Shown here: piece by piece, positions 1 to 9,778 of the stretch
Layout: the number at the start of each line of letters is the position of its first letter
How positions within the stretch are numbered: position 1 is the stretch's first letter
Assembly: GCA_018659375.1 (NCBI GenBank)
Contig: JABJMO010000063.1
Coordinates: forward strand, 1,782-65,781
Reading direction: 5' to 3'
DNA length: 64,000 bases
Origin: Methanobacteriota archaeon
Lineage (GTDB): Archaea; Thermoplasmatota; Poseidoniia; Poseidoniales; Poseidoniaceae
Position numbers and translations under genes: made by a program
Notes under the pieces: generated by a model
Databases searched by the model: none
Seen by the model: the letters and a program-made list of their open reading frames with translations, nothing else
Told to the model about the DNA's origin: nothing

Positions 1-208
1 GGTCTAATGCATGAACCGGGTGCGGGATATGTTGTTTCATGACTGCCAAAACTTGGCGTTGTCTTTGCAGCGGCCTCATCCCTTCAAAATCCTCAGTGAT
101 TATTCGGACATGAAAATGGTCACCTGAGCCGTGAAGGTCAATTACTTCCACAACTGCATTAGGCACTGCTTTGAGAACTTCAGATTCAACCCAACTAGCA
201 TCAACCAT
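1..208 (-). CDS. bolA: BolA/IbaG family protein (3' end runs off the window)
   Basis: Hand translation from ATG at 208: MVDASWVESEVLKAVPNAVVEVIDLHGSGDHFHVRIITEDFEGMRPLQRQRQVLAVMKQHIPHPVHALD. Has the GDHF, F-x-G-x-x-x-L-x-R-Q-R and HAL BolA motifs; GAGGTG RBS upstream. Not in the ORF track. Confidence 0.85.
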   Translation of the reverse strand, partial: MVDASWVESEVLKAVPNAVVEVIDLHGSGDHFHVRIITEDFEGMRPLQRQRQVLAVMKQHIPHPVHALD

Positions 209-295
209 ACTCGCACCTCATATAGCCCTTGCAAAACCATCATTTGAACATGTGGTTTAGAGGATGCTTGAAATGAGGCGTGTCTAGGCATAGAT

Positions 296-1762
296 ATGAC
301 CGAGTCAGTATCACAGCCTCAAGGCCGTGAACTGAATATGGGGAGGGATTCTAGTTGGTTAATCGGCGCAGATATCATTGCGGTTTTTTTAGCCTTAGTT
401 GGCCAAATAGTACTGACAAGAGCATTGATTACCGAAGATTATGGTATCTTCATTATTGCTTTGGATATCTTTGCTACGACGTTTTTGATTATTGATTTGG
501 GTCTGCCAACCATTCTAGCCCGTGATGGTGCGAAATCCGTGGACAAGATATGGCCGGCAATTTGGCGGATTTATCGAATACAATTTTTCTGTATGGTGCC
601 GTTCATTGCCATTGCCACCATTGGTATTTCCATAACGGCAAATGATTGGTCAGAATATTTACACGTAGTAATAATTTGCATGGCTATTGCTTTAGCGCAC
701 ATTTTTAGTTACGCACCGAGATCTGGACTAAGGGCTGCAGGGTTTGCTTCACTAGAGGCGTGGAGTAAGGTGTTGGAACGCTTGGTAACTATGAGCGGTT
801 ATTTGGTGCTATACTATTTGGGTGTTAATTCTGTGGGAAGTTATGCTTTAGCATTCCTAATAGGCGCTTTAGTGGGATTAGCCATTTCAATATTATTTGC
901 TAAATCATACTTGCAAAGTTCAGTTGAAGTTAGCGATTGGTCTAATCTGGGAGAATCATGGATTGATAACAAATCTTTGTTATTGCAATCTTTACCGTTT
1001 GCCATAACCCTTGGAGTACTGCCTTATGTGGTTAGGATTGAAAAGTTCATTGTTGCAGGGACAATGGGAGTTGAGAGTGCTGCATTATTTCATGTTGCAC
1101 AAATTGCCTGGCTTGCTGGTTTGGTTGTCCCCCAAGCCATGAGAGCCGCACTATTGCCAATACTTGGCTCCTTTAGACAAGAAAAATATCGCTTTGAAAG
1201 TGTCATAAACAAATCTCTAGACCTATGCTTTGGCTTATTACCAGTTGGGTTATTTGGTGGCGCATTGTTAATCACATTCATACTACCAAGCGCTTTTCCA
1301 CAACAATACACCGATGGCAGTATTGGGGCTTCGGCAGTACAGCTATTCATGATATTACTACTAGGGTGGTGTTTTACTTTGATTGCAACACCGAGTTATA
1401 CTGCATTACAAGCCGGTAAGAATCCGTGGAAATTTACCATTTTTATTGGCTGTGTTGTCATGTTTGCTGCGATTATTGGTTTCGTATTAATCGGCTATTA
1501 TGCTGATTCAAAAAATTACGGGCTTTATGCAGCAGCAATTGCCTCAACTACCTCTTCGGCATTTTTGTTGTTTTCCTCATTGCATCTAGCACGGCTATGG
1601 AAATTAGTATATCCAAGAAGAATAGAATTTATGGCGACAATTATACTTGCAGCAATCTCATGTTATGGTTTTGCGACAAATTCAATACTTGCATTGAGTG
1701 GAATTGCTTTGTTTATGTTTACTCCAAGAGCTTGGCAAGTAATGAAGACCAACGTTTACTGA
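296..1762 (+). CDS. Oligosaccharide flippase (Wzx/MOP family)
   Basis: Many hydrophobic helices; 'LTRAL..EDYG' and 'DLGLPTILAR' are typical of Wzx flippases; convergent with a glycosyltransferase. Confidence 0.8.
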   Translation: MTESVSQPQGRELNMGRDSSWLIGADIIAVFLALVGQIVLTRALITEDYGIFIIALDIFATTFLIIDLGLPTILARDGAKSVDKIWPAIWRIYRIQFFCMVPFIAIATIGISITANDWSEYLHVVIICMAIALAHIFSYAPRSGLRAAGFASLEAWSKVLERLVTMSGYLVLYYLGVNSVGSYALAFLIGALVGLAISILFAKSYLQSSVEVSDWSNLGESWIDNKSLLLQSLPFAITLGVLPYVVRIEKFIVAGTMGVESAALFHVAQIAWLAGLVVPQAMRAALLPILGSFRQEKYRFESVINKSLDLCFGLLPVGLFGGALLITFILPSAFPQQYTDGSIGASAVQLFMILLLGWCFTLIATPSYTALQAGKNPWKFTIFIGCVVMFAAIIGFVLIGYYADSKNYGLYAAAIASTTSSAFLLFSSLHLARLWKLVYPRRIEFMATIILAAISCYGFATNSILALSGIALFMFTPRAWQVMKTNVY

Positions 1763-2801
1763 TTTCCTCAGTGGAAAACTCGTTTGGTATCTTGAATCCT
1801 TCACTCCAATCTGTCTGCAAGGTATTCTCACATGCATCGGCTAATTTTACTGGATCATATTGCTCAACTAAACTTGTTTCTAACAAATATTGGCTGACTT
1901 CCCCAACATTAACTGAAACAACTGGGGTTCCGCAGGCTAGTGATTCTCTGGCCACCAATGGTCCGGATTCCCGTTTGGAGGTGATTAATGTCAAATCGGC
2001 AACTAGCATTCTATCCCACACAATTGTTCTTGGTTGTTGACGTAGCGTAGTAATGCCGACAACCCAGCCACGGTTTTCTAGCTCTTCACCGGTTTGTAAT
2101 GCCAAGAGGTGATTTTTTTCACGCCTCCTTGGGTCGGCTGGGAATAAAATATCAAGTTTGCTTTTGCGCCATCTACCTTGCCAATTTTTGGGTTTAGTTA
2201 ACCATTCATCTTCCACGGCAGTATGGCAACTAATCACCGATGATGCTGTTTTATCCAAACTTTTAGCAATGCTGTGAAGCCTAGAGGAAACAGTAACTAA
2301 GTGGTCACAATCATTGACTAAGCGAATAATTTGACTGGAGATGTTATTATCTTTCAATCCGATGTCAAAATCGTGGCCGTGAACAATTCCCACCCATGGA
2401 ATTCCTGACTTTTTTGCCAATCTAGAGGCTAAATCTCCTGCAGGCCACATAGTGTGGCAGATTATTATTTCTGGAGTCCAGTCGCCTAACCAGGACTCAA
2501 CTTTTTTGGCAATCCGCTTCATACTTCGCATTGTTATGGATGGATATGGATGTCCTGGAAGGCCCCAAAATCTTGGAGCAATGACTCTGGTATTACCGTG
2601 GGTAAATTGTTTTGGCGCCCTTGATACTCCGGTTAATGTTGATCTGCTAGATTCCTGATACTTCAGCATTCTAGGCAATGGATTTACCACTTTTATTTCG
2701 TGGCCCATCGATTCCAATAATTTGACGTTGTCGCTAACAAATGTACCACGAGCCACATTGGTTGGCAGGGGAAATAGTAGTGACACTACCAAGATACGCA
2801 C
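1719..2801 (-). CDS. Glycosyltransferase family 4 (GT-B)
   Basis: MRILVVSLLFP N-terminus, VHGHD, and the 'ESGPLVARESLACGTPVVSVNVG' EX7E motif. Confidence 0.85.
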   Translation of the reverse strand: MRILVVSLLFPLPTNVARGTFVSDNVKLLESMGHEIKVVNPLPRMLKYQESSRSTLTGVSRAPKQFTHGNTRVIAPRFWGLPGHPYPSITMRSMKRIAKKVESWLGDWTPEIIICHTMWPAGDLASRLAKKSGIPWVGIVHGHDFDIGLKDNNISSQIIRLVNDCDHLVTVSSRLHSIAKSLDKTASSVISCHTAVEDEWLTKPKNWQGRWRKSKLDILFPADPRRREKNHLLALQTGEELENRGWVVGITTLRQQPRTIVWDRMLVADLTLITSKRESGPLVARESLACGTPVVSVNVGEVSQYLLETSLVEQYDPVKLADACENTLQTDWSEGFKIPNEFSTEEISKRWSSLLAKLLE

Positions 2802-2819
2802 ATTGCCACCTTCATCGGA

Positions 2820-3494
2820 TTATACTTCAAGGGCTGTTTTTAGCGCTTGAAAGTTTTCTTTGACTGAGGCTTGCTTGTTGAAAAGCCCAGAGCCAACCAC
2901 GCAATTAACAACGCCCCACTTGGCAACCATAGCAATGTTGTGGGCTTTTATGCCACCATCTATCTGTATCTGTACCGGCCTGCCACCATTAGCAACTTGT
3001 TGATCAATCATTGACTTAAGTCGTCTAATTTTACCCTCGACAGAAGCTATGAATGATTGACCGCCAAAGCCTGGATTGACGCTCATTATCAAAACCAGAT
3101 CGAGGTCTGGAAGAATTTCTCTTATTGTTTCGATTGAAGTAGCAGGATTTAGCACAACACCAGCAGTAGCGCCTGCGTCTCTAATTGCCATTATCAACCT
3201 GTGCAGATGAGTTGTCGCTTCGACGTGGACTGATATGTGGTTGCATCCGGCATTGATGTAGTCCATGTAGCATTCCTCTGCATTACTAATCATAAGGTGG
3301 GCATCAAAGTGAACATCGTTGCCAAGCGCATTGCGAAGAGATTTAATTACTGGTGGACCGAAAGTCAGGTTGGGGACAAAATTTCCGTCCATCACGTCTA
3401 AATGAAGTACATTTATGCCTGCATCGACTGCTTCTTGGCATGATACTGCTAGATTTGATAGGTCGGCGGTAAGGATACTTGGTGCAATTATCAT
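2820..3494 (-). CDS. rpe: Ribulose-phosphate 3-epimerase
   Basis: IIAPSILTAD, HLDVMDGNFVPNLTFG, MSVNPGFGGQ, QIDGGI. Start moved to the ATG at 3494. Confidence 0.97.
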   Translation of the reverse strand: MIIAPSILTADLSNLAVSCQEAVDAGINVLHLDVMDGNFVPNLTFGPPVIKSLRNALGNDVHFDAHLMISNAEECYMDYINAGCNHISVHVEATTHLHRLIMAIRDAGATAGVVLNPATSIETIREILPDLDLVLIMSVNPGFGGQSFIASVEGKIRRLKSMIDQQVANGGRPVQIQIDGGIKAHNIAMVAKWGVVNCVVGSGLFNKQASVKENFQALKTALEV

Positions 3495-3607
3495 AGCAGA
3501 ACATGTGGTGCCAAACAGCGGATTCTCATGAGCATTGTGCCTCGGATTGTAAAAAATATCGCACAAAGTCTCTTAATGCTCGATATTGACGGAGACTTAG
3601 TGAGACC

Positions 3608-3937
3608 ATGGGCGAAGTAAGGGCAGTCAGCGATTCCGAGTATGAAAATTCAGTGAATGATAGCGAGTGGGTGCTAGTAGACTTCTGGGCCCCTTGGTGC
3701 GGACCTTGTAAAGCAATAGCCCCCGTCTTAGAACAAGTGGCAAGTGAAAGAGAAATACTGATTGCTAAAGTCGATACCGATTCAAATCCTGCCAACGCTG
3801 GGAAACTTGGAGTTAGAGGAATTCCAGCACTATTTTTGTATCATAACGGCAAGGTCGTTTCTAAACAGAACGGTGCAATGCCAAAACCAGCACTATTGAG
3901 CTGGATTGACCAGCACATGTCTGCTGATGATTTCTAG
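3608..3937 (+). CDS. trxA: Thioredoxin
   Basis: VDFWAPWCGPCK and GVRGIP. Confidence 0.95.
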   Translation: MGEVRAVSDSEYENSVNDSEWVLVDFWAPWCGPCKAIAPVLEQVASEREILIAKVDTDSNPANAGKLGVRGIPALFLYHNGKVVSKQNGAMPKPALLSWIDQHMSADDF

Positions 3938-3939
3938 TC

Positions 3940-5451
3940 CTATTGGATATCTCTAAGCAAACGCTCTTTCAGCGCTTCATGAAGCCACATGCCATTAGGC
4001 ATCTCTATCAAAATCCCATGAGAAATCAAGTCTTTGGGTGGCGTCCCGGACCAACCCGATTTAGTAGCCAACAATTCCCAACTTACCGGCTTATCATGAC
4101 TGGCTAGGTTAGTTAGCAGTTGCCTTTCATTGTCGGGTAGTTTGAATAGAATCTCATCATCAAGGAATTGTAACCAGTCGACATGCAAAGATTGACCGTA
4201 TAATTCGAATAATTCCAATGCTAACGGATGCCCTCCGGTTTTTTCAAACACCGATTCTAAGTCTTCATCAATGTTTATCTTAGACAGCCAATTTTCCATT
4301 TCTCGCTTTGAGAGACCCTGCAATGAATGTTCTGTCACTATATCTCTGGTGTGTACATCTCTACGATCATAAACAGTTGGCCTAGTCCGTGAAATCATAA
4401 CTATCCGTAGTGGGGAAGATTTTGAGATTTGCAATAAGGCTCCCAGTAATTTTGCCGCTTCACTCTCAATATGATGTACATCATCGAGTACGATTAGCCA
4501 ATATGGAGGTGGGCCTCCAGATGCTGTTTTAAACCGTTCTCGAATAGTTCTAGCGTCTGTTAAGTAGGCTAGTAATCGTCTTCTCCAAGTATCAACATCG
4601 ACAATTCCTCCAGGATTTAGCGGGAGGGTTTCAATCAAGTTGTATGGGTCGTGTTTCTCATCTATGCCAAAGCGGTGTAGAAGACTGGTTGCTAGCCCAA
4701 GTGGTGTGTCCCAAGGTTGGCAAGGATACCAACAAACGGATAGATTTGGATTATCTTCTAATTTACTATTAAGCCAGTGAGCAACTAAGGTTGACTTGCC
4801 AATACCGGCAATTCCATGAATCACCATGCACGGTTTTCTTTCTCCAAACCAATCATTTAGTTCATCAATTTGACTTTCTCTTCCATGAACTACACGGGTT
4901 TTTGGCGGCTTGTTGTTATATGTTGCATGAGCCCCAGTAAGTGCTTTTAGGCGACCAGGTGGAGTGTTTTCTGATGACTCTGATTTTCTGATTACACCAA
5001 ATCTTATGTCACCGTAAGTTAACACTCCTTCGTGTTGTGCATGCATCAAAATTTGCAATAATGATATATTTGCATCTAGACGTTTGGGGACTTCAGATGC
5101 CTCTAATTCGAGCAATTCTCCTGAATTGTCCCTTATTACGATAGAAATAGCTGACAGGCGTTTAATTGTCGACTTTACCGATTTCCTCCCTTCATCGGTT
5201 AATTGCCAAGTTTTTTGACGCCGATCTTCACCTTTGACATTTCTAGTGTGCTCTGAGACTAATTCCTTGCGCAATAACTCCCGCATGGTGCGGCTAACAT
5301 TGGGTGGGTGGAGAGCACATGATTCAGCAATACCTGGCCTGGTTAATTCCGGTCCAACAAGGTATCTGTCGGCTTGTTCGTTGTTTTCAAACAAATGGAG
5401 CATTACGCGGTCTTGCACTGGGACATTGACCTTGGAAACTCCTGCGCTCAC
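3940..5451 (-). CDS. wHTH + STAND-type (NB-ARC/AAA_16-like) P-loop ATPase
   Basis: N-terminal MarR-like wHTH (LTRPGIAE..NVSRTMREL..WQLTDEG), VHGRE, Walker A GIAGIGKST, Walker B LIVLDDVH, GGHPLAL, terminal WLHE. Confidence 0.75.
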   Translation of the reverse strand: MSAGVSKVNVPVQDRVMLHLFENNEQADRYLVGPELTRPGIAESCALHPPNVSRTMRELLRKELVSEHTRNVKGEDRRQKTWQLTDEGRKSVKSTIKRLSAISIVIRDNSGELLELEASEVPKRLDANISLLQILMHAQHEGVLTYGDIRFGVIRKSESSENTPPGRLKALTGAHATYNNKPPKTRVVHGRESQIDELNDWFGERKPCMVIHGIAGIGKSTLVAHWLNSKLEDNPNLSVCWYPCQPWDTPLGLATSLLHRFGIDEKHDPYNLIETLPLNPGGIVDVDTWRRRLLAYLTDARTIRERFKTASGGPPPYWLIVLDDVHHIESEAAKLLGALLQISKSSPLRIVMISRTRPTVYDRRDVHTRDIVTEHSLQGLSKREMENWLSKINIDEDLESVFEKTGGHPLALELFELYGQSLHVDWLQFLDDEILFKLPDNERQLLTNLASHDKPVSWELLATKSGWSGTPPKDLISHGILIEMPNGMWLHEALKERLLRDIQ

Positions 5452-5556
5452 AGTTAATCCACTGGTTACTACAACTAAGCGGTTTTGGCATTTTGATAAT
5501 TTGATGTAAGAGCAAAATAACCATAATTCCTTTATTCGAGTAATGATGGGAAGGGT

Positions 5557-8500
5557 ATGGGTTCAGTTAGAATAACACTGTTGGTGCTGTCCATGCTCGT
5601 TTTGGCAACAATGCCAATTATTGTTTCAGCGGACTCAGATGGTGATGGTATAAGTGACGCCTCAGATGACTGCAAATGGTCCTCTGGAACTTCAACCATA
5701 GACAAAACGGGTTGCCCTGATTTTGACGGTGATGGGACCTCGGACATAAATGATCCATGGACTACATCTAATCCAAACTTTCAAACGGAACAAATTCTAA
5801 ATTCAAATCAAGATTATAATGACATTGAATATTCTGGCGACGGTTACAGTTTAGTCACCGGTGCTGATGACGGTTTTGTCAGGACTTGGAATTCATCAAC
5901 CTTCGTCAACATCAGATCTGCTGACCTTGGCTCGCAGATAAATTCTGTAGCATTTTCGCCCAACAGTAATTTAGTCGCTGCTGGTGTTGATGATGACACA
6001 GTGCATATTTTTGATGCTACTACTATGACCAGTCTGTATGGTTCAATTAGTGTTGATGTTGGCAGTGGTGAGAGAGTAAACGATGTTGAATTCTCTTTGG
6101 ATAGTTCGCTACTTGCTGTCTCTATTGGAAGGTCTGGAAATCAAGGAACTAATGGAATTGTTTCATTCATCAATACCTCTACTGGTAACTTTTTCAGTTC
6201 AGGGATAAACCCTGGGCAAGAAGATAGATTTTATGATACTGCATTCTCACCCGATAGTAATTTTATTGCAGTAGGTAGTGAAGGAGATTGGTATATTTCT
6301 GAAATTTCGACAGGGACTACTGTAGCATCGATTTCAAGCCCTCCTGATTCGGTAAATGCTATTGCGTGGTCGCCTGATGGCAATTATATCGTAATGTGTG
6401 GTGCTTACGAGACTAATGGAGCGCGTGTTCAAGTTCACGAATATGATGGTAGTGGCTGGCCAATTATCTGGGAAGTAGGAACAACTACATCTTGCTCTTC
6501 TGTAGACTTTTCACCGGATGGTTCTAAATTTGTTGTAGGAATGTACTGGTATGAAGCTGATGGAGCAACGGCCAAAATATATGACACCGCATCAAGTTTA
6601 CTAATTGATGAATTCTCTGGCCCAAGACCGAATAACTGTGCTGGAACCAACAATAATCAATGTGGCCAAATAGATGGGGTTTCTTGGCATCCAGATGGTA
6701 GTAAAATCGTTACATCTCACACTAGAAATGATGAAGGTGTTTACTTTTGGTATGCTGACCTGGACGAGGATCAAGACGGTTACAATACCTATGACCAAGG
6801 AGACGGCGTAGTTGACGCTTTTCCGACTGATGGTAGTCAATGGAATGATACTGATGGCGACGGTTACGGAGATAACCCTGCACCTGCGACCAATCCAGAT
6901 GCCTGCATAAGTCAATTTGGCACATCGACAGAAGACCGCTATGGCTGTCCTGATACCGATGGTGATGGATGGTCTGATGCAGGTGATTGGGCACCAAATG
7001 ATCCCGAACAATGGGTAGATAGTGACGGGGATGGCTATGGCGACCAGTACTATTACGACGTTACCGCAGTAGTATTCCATACTAATCAGCGTGGTGATGC
7101 TTTTCCAAATAATCCAACACAGTGGAATGACAGTGATAGCGATGGCTGGGGCGATAATTATAATGATCAATCTTGGGATCAAAACCGAGAATCTTCTTGG
7201 CCTGGATTGTTCAAAAGCAACGCCACGCAGGTAGATAAATTTCCACTTGATAACAATCAATGGGAAGATACCGACGGAGATTGGTATGGCGATAACCAAA
7301 TTGGTGATGATGCTGATGGTTGCCCCGATGTATTTGGTAATTCAACCGCTGATAGATACGGTTGCCCTGATACTGACGGTGATACTTATTCTGATCCAAC
7401 TGCTAACTGGGGCAGTATATCTCAAGGCGGATATTGTCAGGCCGACGGTATTCCACTAGATCCAACGCAATGGTGTGACCGAGACGGCGATGGCTATGGC
7501 GATAATGCAGATGGTAATTCACCAGATGAATGCCCAGATGACAAGGGGTATTCATTCATTGACAGAATCGGTTGTATCGATACCGATGAAGATGGTTACT
7601 CAGACCAAGGAGACCCATTTCCAAACGATGCTTCACAGTGGGAAAATAGAGATGGAGACTCACTAGATTGTGGTGGAGATAACCAAACTGGGTTAAATCC
7701 AGATGTATTTCCCGATGACCCTACTCAATGCAAAGATACCGATAGTGATGGTTATGGAGATAACGCAGCCGGAAATAATGGAGATGTATTCAAGAATGAC
7801 CCTACTCAATGGTCGGATTTTGATGGTGATGGTTATGGAGATAATAACGAAACTGGGGCTGTAAACGGAGACATCTGTCCTACCAGAGCCGGTAATTCCC
7901 CAAATCCACTAACTCGAGGATGTCCTGATACTGATGGTGATGGTTTTGTTGACCCCGAAGATGCGTTTCCTGAAAATCCGCTACAATGGTCTGACCAAGA
8001 TGGCGATGGCTATGGTGATGAGGTAAATCGCCCAGGAGGAGATGATTGTGTTGATGTATTTGGATTATCAAATCAAAATAATCGCTATGGATGTTTAGAT
8101 TCAGATGGTGACGGCTGGGCTGATGTAGACGATATATTCCCGCAAGATGGACTGCAATGGGTCGACACCGATGGTGATGGCTATGGAGACAATTACCTTT
8201 GGACTTTGACATTTATTGAAGACCAAGATAACCCTAACAGAATTATCGAATTAAGGCAACAAAGCGGCGATGCTTTTCCTGACTTTTCAAGCGAATGGAG
8301 TGACCAAGATGGCGATGGCTACGGGGATAATTTCAGCGATTTATTCCCACTTGAAGTCACTCAGTGGAGCGACCAAGATGGCGACGGATATGGTGATAAT
8401 TTCACTGGGGGAGCATTCCAACCTGACGACTGCGAAACGGTGTTTGGTCAATCTTATCTCGATGTCTTTGGCTGCCCAGATAGCGACCTAGATGGGATGA

Positions 8501-8964
8501 GCGACACTTCAGATCCTTGCCCATGGGACCCTGAAATCTTTGAAGGTCGAATTGGTAATGTTAAATGTTCAATTACCGAGGATCCGAACTCGGAAAGTAA
8601 CCTTCAATCCGATTCCAATAATGATGACTCGAGTTCAGTGTTAATTTACCTAGGAATCGCGATTGTTGCACTCCTATCGGCAATTATCATTGCCCAATTC
8701 TCCAAAACCTTGGCTAAAAGCAAATCGAAGAAAGGAAAACTCGAAGAAATAATGGTCAATAATGCCTTTTCAGAGGATGAAGAGCGTCGGGATGCTTGGA
8801 TTGAATACTATGTTGCTAATGGACAATTAGATGAAGCTAAGGCTTTAGGTTGGGTAGAGCAAAGTACAGCGGAGTTGCCACAATGGAAACAATTTGAAAT
8901 TCAACAGCAACAAGAACAAGATGATGCGATTCCTACCATGGTTAATCTTGATGACATTCTATGA
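5557..8964 (+). CDS. Membrane-anchored surface protein with WD40 propeller and thrombospondin type-3-like Ca-binding repeats
   Basis: Signal peptide; WD40-like repeats (VAFSPN, TAFSPD, IAWSPDG, VDFSPDG, VSWHPDG); many D-x-D-G-D-G-Y/W-G-D repeats; C-terminal TM helix (VLIYLGIAIVALLSAIIIA). Confidence 0.85.
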   Translation: MGSVRITLLVLSMLVLATMPIIVSADSDGDGISDASDDCKWSSGTSTIDKTGCPDFDGDGTSDINDPWTTSNPNFQTEQILNSNQDYNDIEYSGDGYSLVTGADDGFVRTWNSSTFVNIRSADLGSQINSVAFSPNSNLVAAGVDDDTVHIFDATTMTSLYGSISVDVGSGERVNDVEFSLDSSLLAVSIGRSGNQGTNGIVSFINTSTGNFFSSGINPGQEDRFYDTAFSPDSNFIAVGSEGDWYISEISTGTTVASISSPPDSVNAIAWSPDGNYIVMCGAYETNGARVQVHEYDGSGWPIIWEVGTTTSCSSVDFSPDGSKFVVGMYWYEADGATAKIYDTASSLLIDEFSGPRPNNCAGTNNNQCGQIDGVSWHPDGSKIVTSHTRNDEGVYFWYADLDEDQDGYNTYDQGDGVVDAFPTDGSQWNDTDGDGYGDNPAPATNPDACISQFGTSTEDRYGCPDTDGDGWSDAGDWAPNDPEQWVDSDGDGYGDQYYYDVTAVVFHTNQRGDAFPNNPTQWNDSDSDGWGDNYNDQSWDQNRESSWPGLFKSNATQVDKFPLDNNQWEDTDGDWYGDNQIGDDADGCPDVFGNSTADRYGCPDTDGDTYSDPTANWGSISQGGYCQADGIPLDPTQWCDRDGDGYGDNADGNSPDECPDDKGYSFIDRIGCIDTDEDGYSDQGDPFPNDASQWENRDGDSLDCGGDNQTGLNPDVFPDDPTQCKDTDSDGYGDNAAGNNGDVFKNDPTQWSDFDGDGYGDNNETGAVNGDICPTRAGNSPNPLTRGCPDTDGDGFVDPEDAFPENPLQWSDQDGDGYGDEVNRPGGDDCVDVFGLSNQNNRYGCLDSDGDGWADVDDIFPQDGLQWVDTDGDGYGDNYLWTLTFIEDQDNPNRIIELRQQSGDAFPDFSSEWSDQDGDGYGDNFSDLFPLEVTQWSDQDGDGYGDNFTGGAFQPDDCETVFGQSYLDVFGCPDSDLDGMSDTSDPCPWDPEIFEGRIGNVKCSITEDPNSESNLQSDSNNDDSSSVLIYLGIAIVALLSAIIIAQFSKTLAKSKSKKGKLEEIMVNNAFSEDEERRDAWIEYYVANGQLDEAKALGWVEQSTAELPQWKQFEIQQQQEQDDAIPTMVNLDDIL
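6760..8530 (+). repeat. Coding TSP3-like repeat array (DxDGDGYGD...DAFPxDxxQW, ...GCPD)
   Basis: Degenerate recurrence of GATGGTGATGG/GGCTATGG(C/T)GA and of the matching peptide motif. Confidence 0.85.
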
Positions 8965-9717
8965 TTGCTGTACTTTTTGCCGGCGAGCGCGTTCCGCAAG
9001 ATCGTCATCAAACGCAAGAAATGGCAAACTTTCCCATCTACCATCGTCCTCAACAGCCATTAAAGCCTCATTTGAAGTAAGAACTTTTGATAATTTCATT
9101 ACAGTCGGAGTGGTTCCATCTTGCAGTTGATATTGATGACCAGGCACCACTAGGATAGTTCCTGAGACTTCAGTAAAAACCGTTTGTAAGTATTTTAGCG
9201 ATGCACGCTGTTTACTTGTATCTCCACCCAGTAAGTCAGTTCTACCACAACTCCCGAGAAACAGACAATCTCCGCTGATAACAATGCCGTTGCCGATGAA
9301 CACTACATGCCCTGGAGTATGCCCCGGTGTGCAATGAACAGAAAATTCTAATTCGCCTATTACACATGTTTCAAAAGAATGTTCGTTATGACTCCACCAT
9401 TGGATATACTCGGCATTATAGCCACGTTGTTGTTCTAATTCATGGCACCTAACTACTGGCGAAAATACCGTGCTGTTAACCAATGCTTCGACCCCCTTAC
9501 AATGATCCCAATGGCTATGAGTTAGCCAAACTTGTTCGATTTGAAAGTTATTCTCTTGACAGAAATCTTCCCAGAACGGGCCGTCAAAAGGGTCTATGAT
9601 ACAGGCTTTTTTTGTCTTACGGCAAACTATCAAATGATTCAAATTATCCCACTGCCCAAGTTGCTTCTGATAAACTTGGATTATATCGTTATTCAAAATT
9701 AGATTGGGGGATTTCAC
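8959..9717 (-). CDS. MBL-fold hydrolase (glyoxalase II-like)
   Basis: THSHWDH, TPGHTPG, SGDCLF..CGRTD, PGH. Confidence 0.9.
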   Translation of the reverse strand: MKSPNLILNNDIIQVYQKQLGQWDNLNHLIVCRKTKKACIIDPFDGPFWEDFCQENNFQIEQVWLTHSHWDHCKGVEALVNSTVFSPVVRCHELEQQRGYNAEYIQWWSHNEHSFETCVIGELEFSVHCTPGHTPGHVVFIGNGIVISGDCLFLGSCGRTDLLGGDTSKQRASLKYLQTVFTEVSGTILVVPGHQYQLQDGTTPTVMKLSKVLTSNEALMAVEDDGRWESLPFLAFDDDLAERARRQKVQQS

Positions 9718-9778
9718 GCCGTTACCTCATGTTGCCGATGACCGCTGGTCTTTCAAATGATGAGTACTACTGAGCATC

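Noticed and set aside
6601..8491. Several alternative-frame and antisense ORFs within the TSP3 gene
   Set aside because: Shadows of the repetitive GAT/GGT codon usage; no independent motifs.
6760..8530. Possible CRISPR-like periodic repeats
   Set aside because: The repeats are degenerate, in-frame protein repeats; no constant repeat-spacer structure and no cas genes.
9756..9774. Box C/D-like ATGATGA..CTGA before the regulator start
   Set aside because: Only 6 nt between the boxes, no flanking stem and no guide region; probably promoter sequence.
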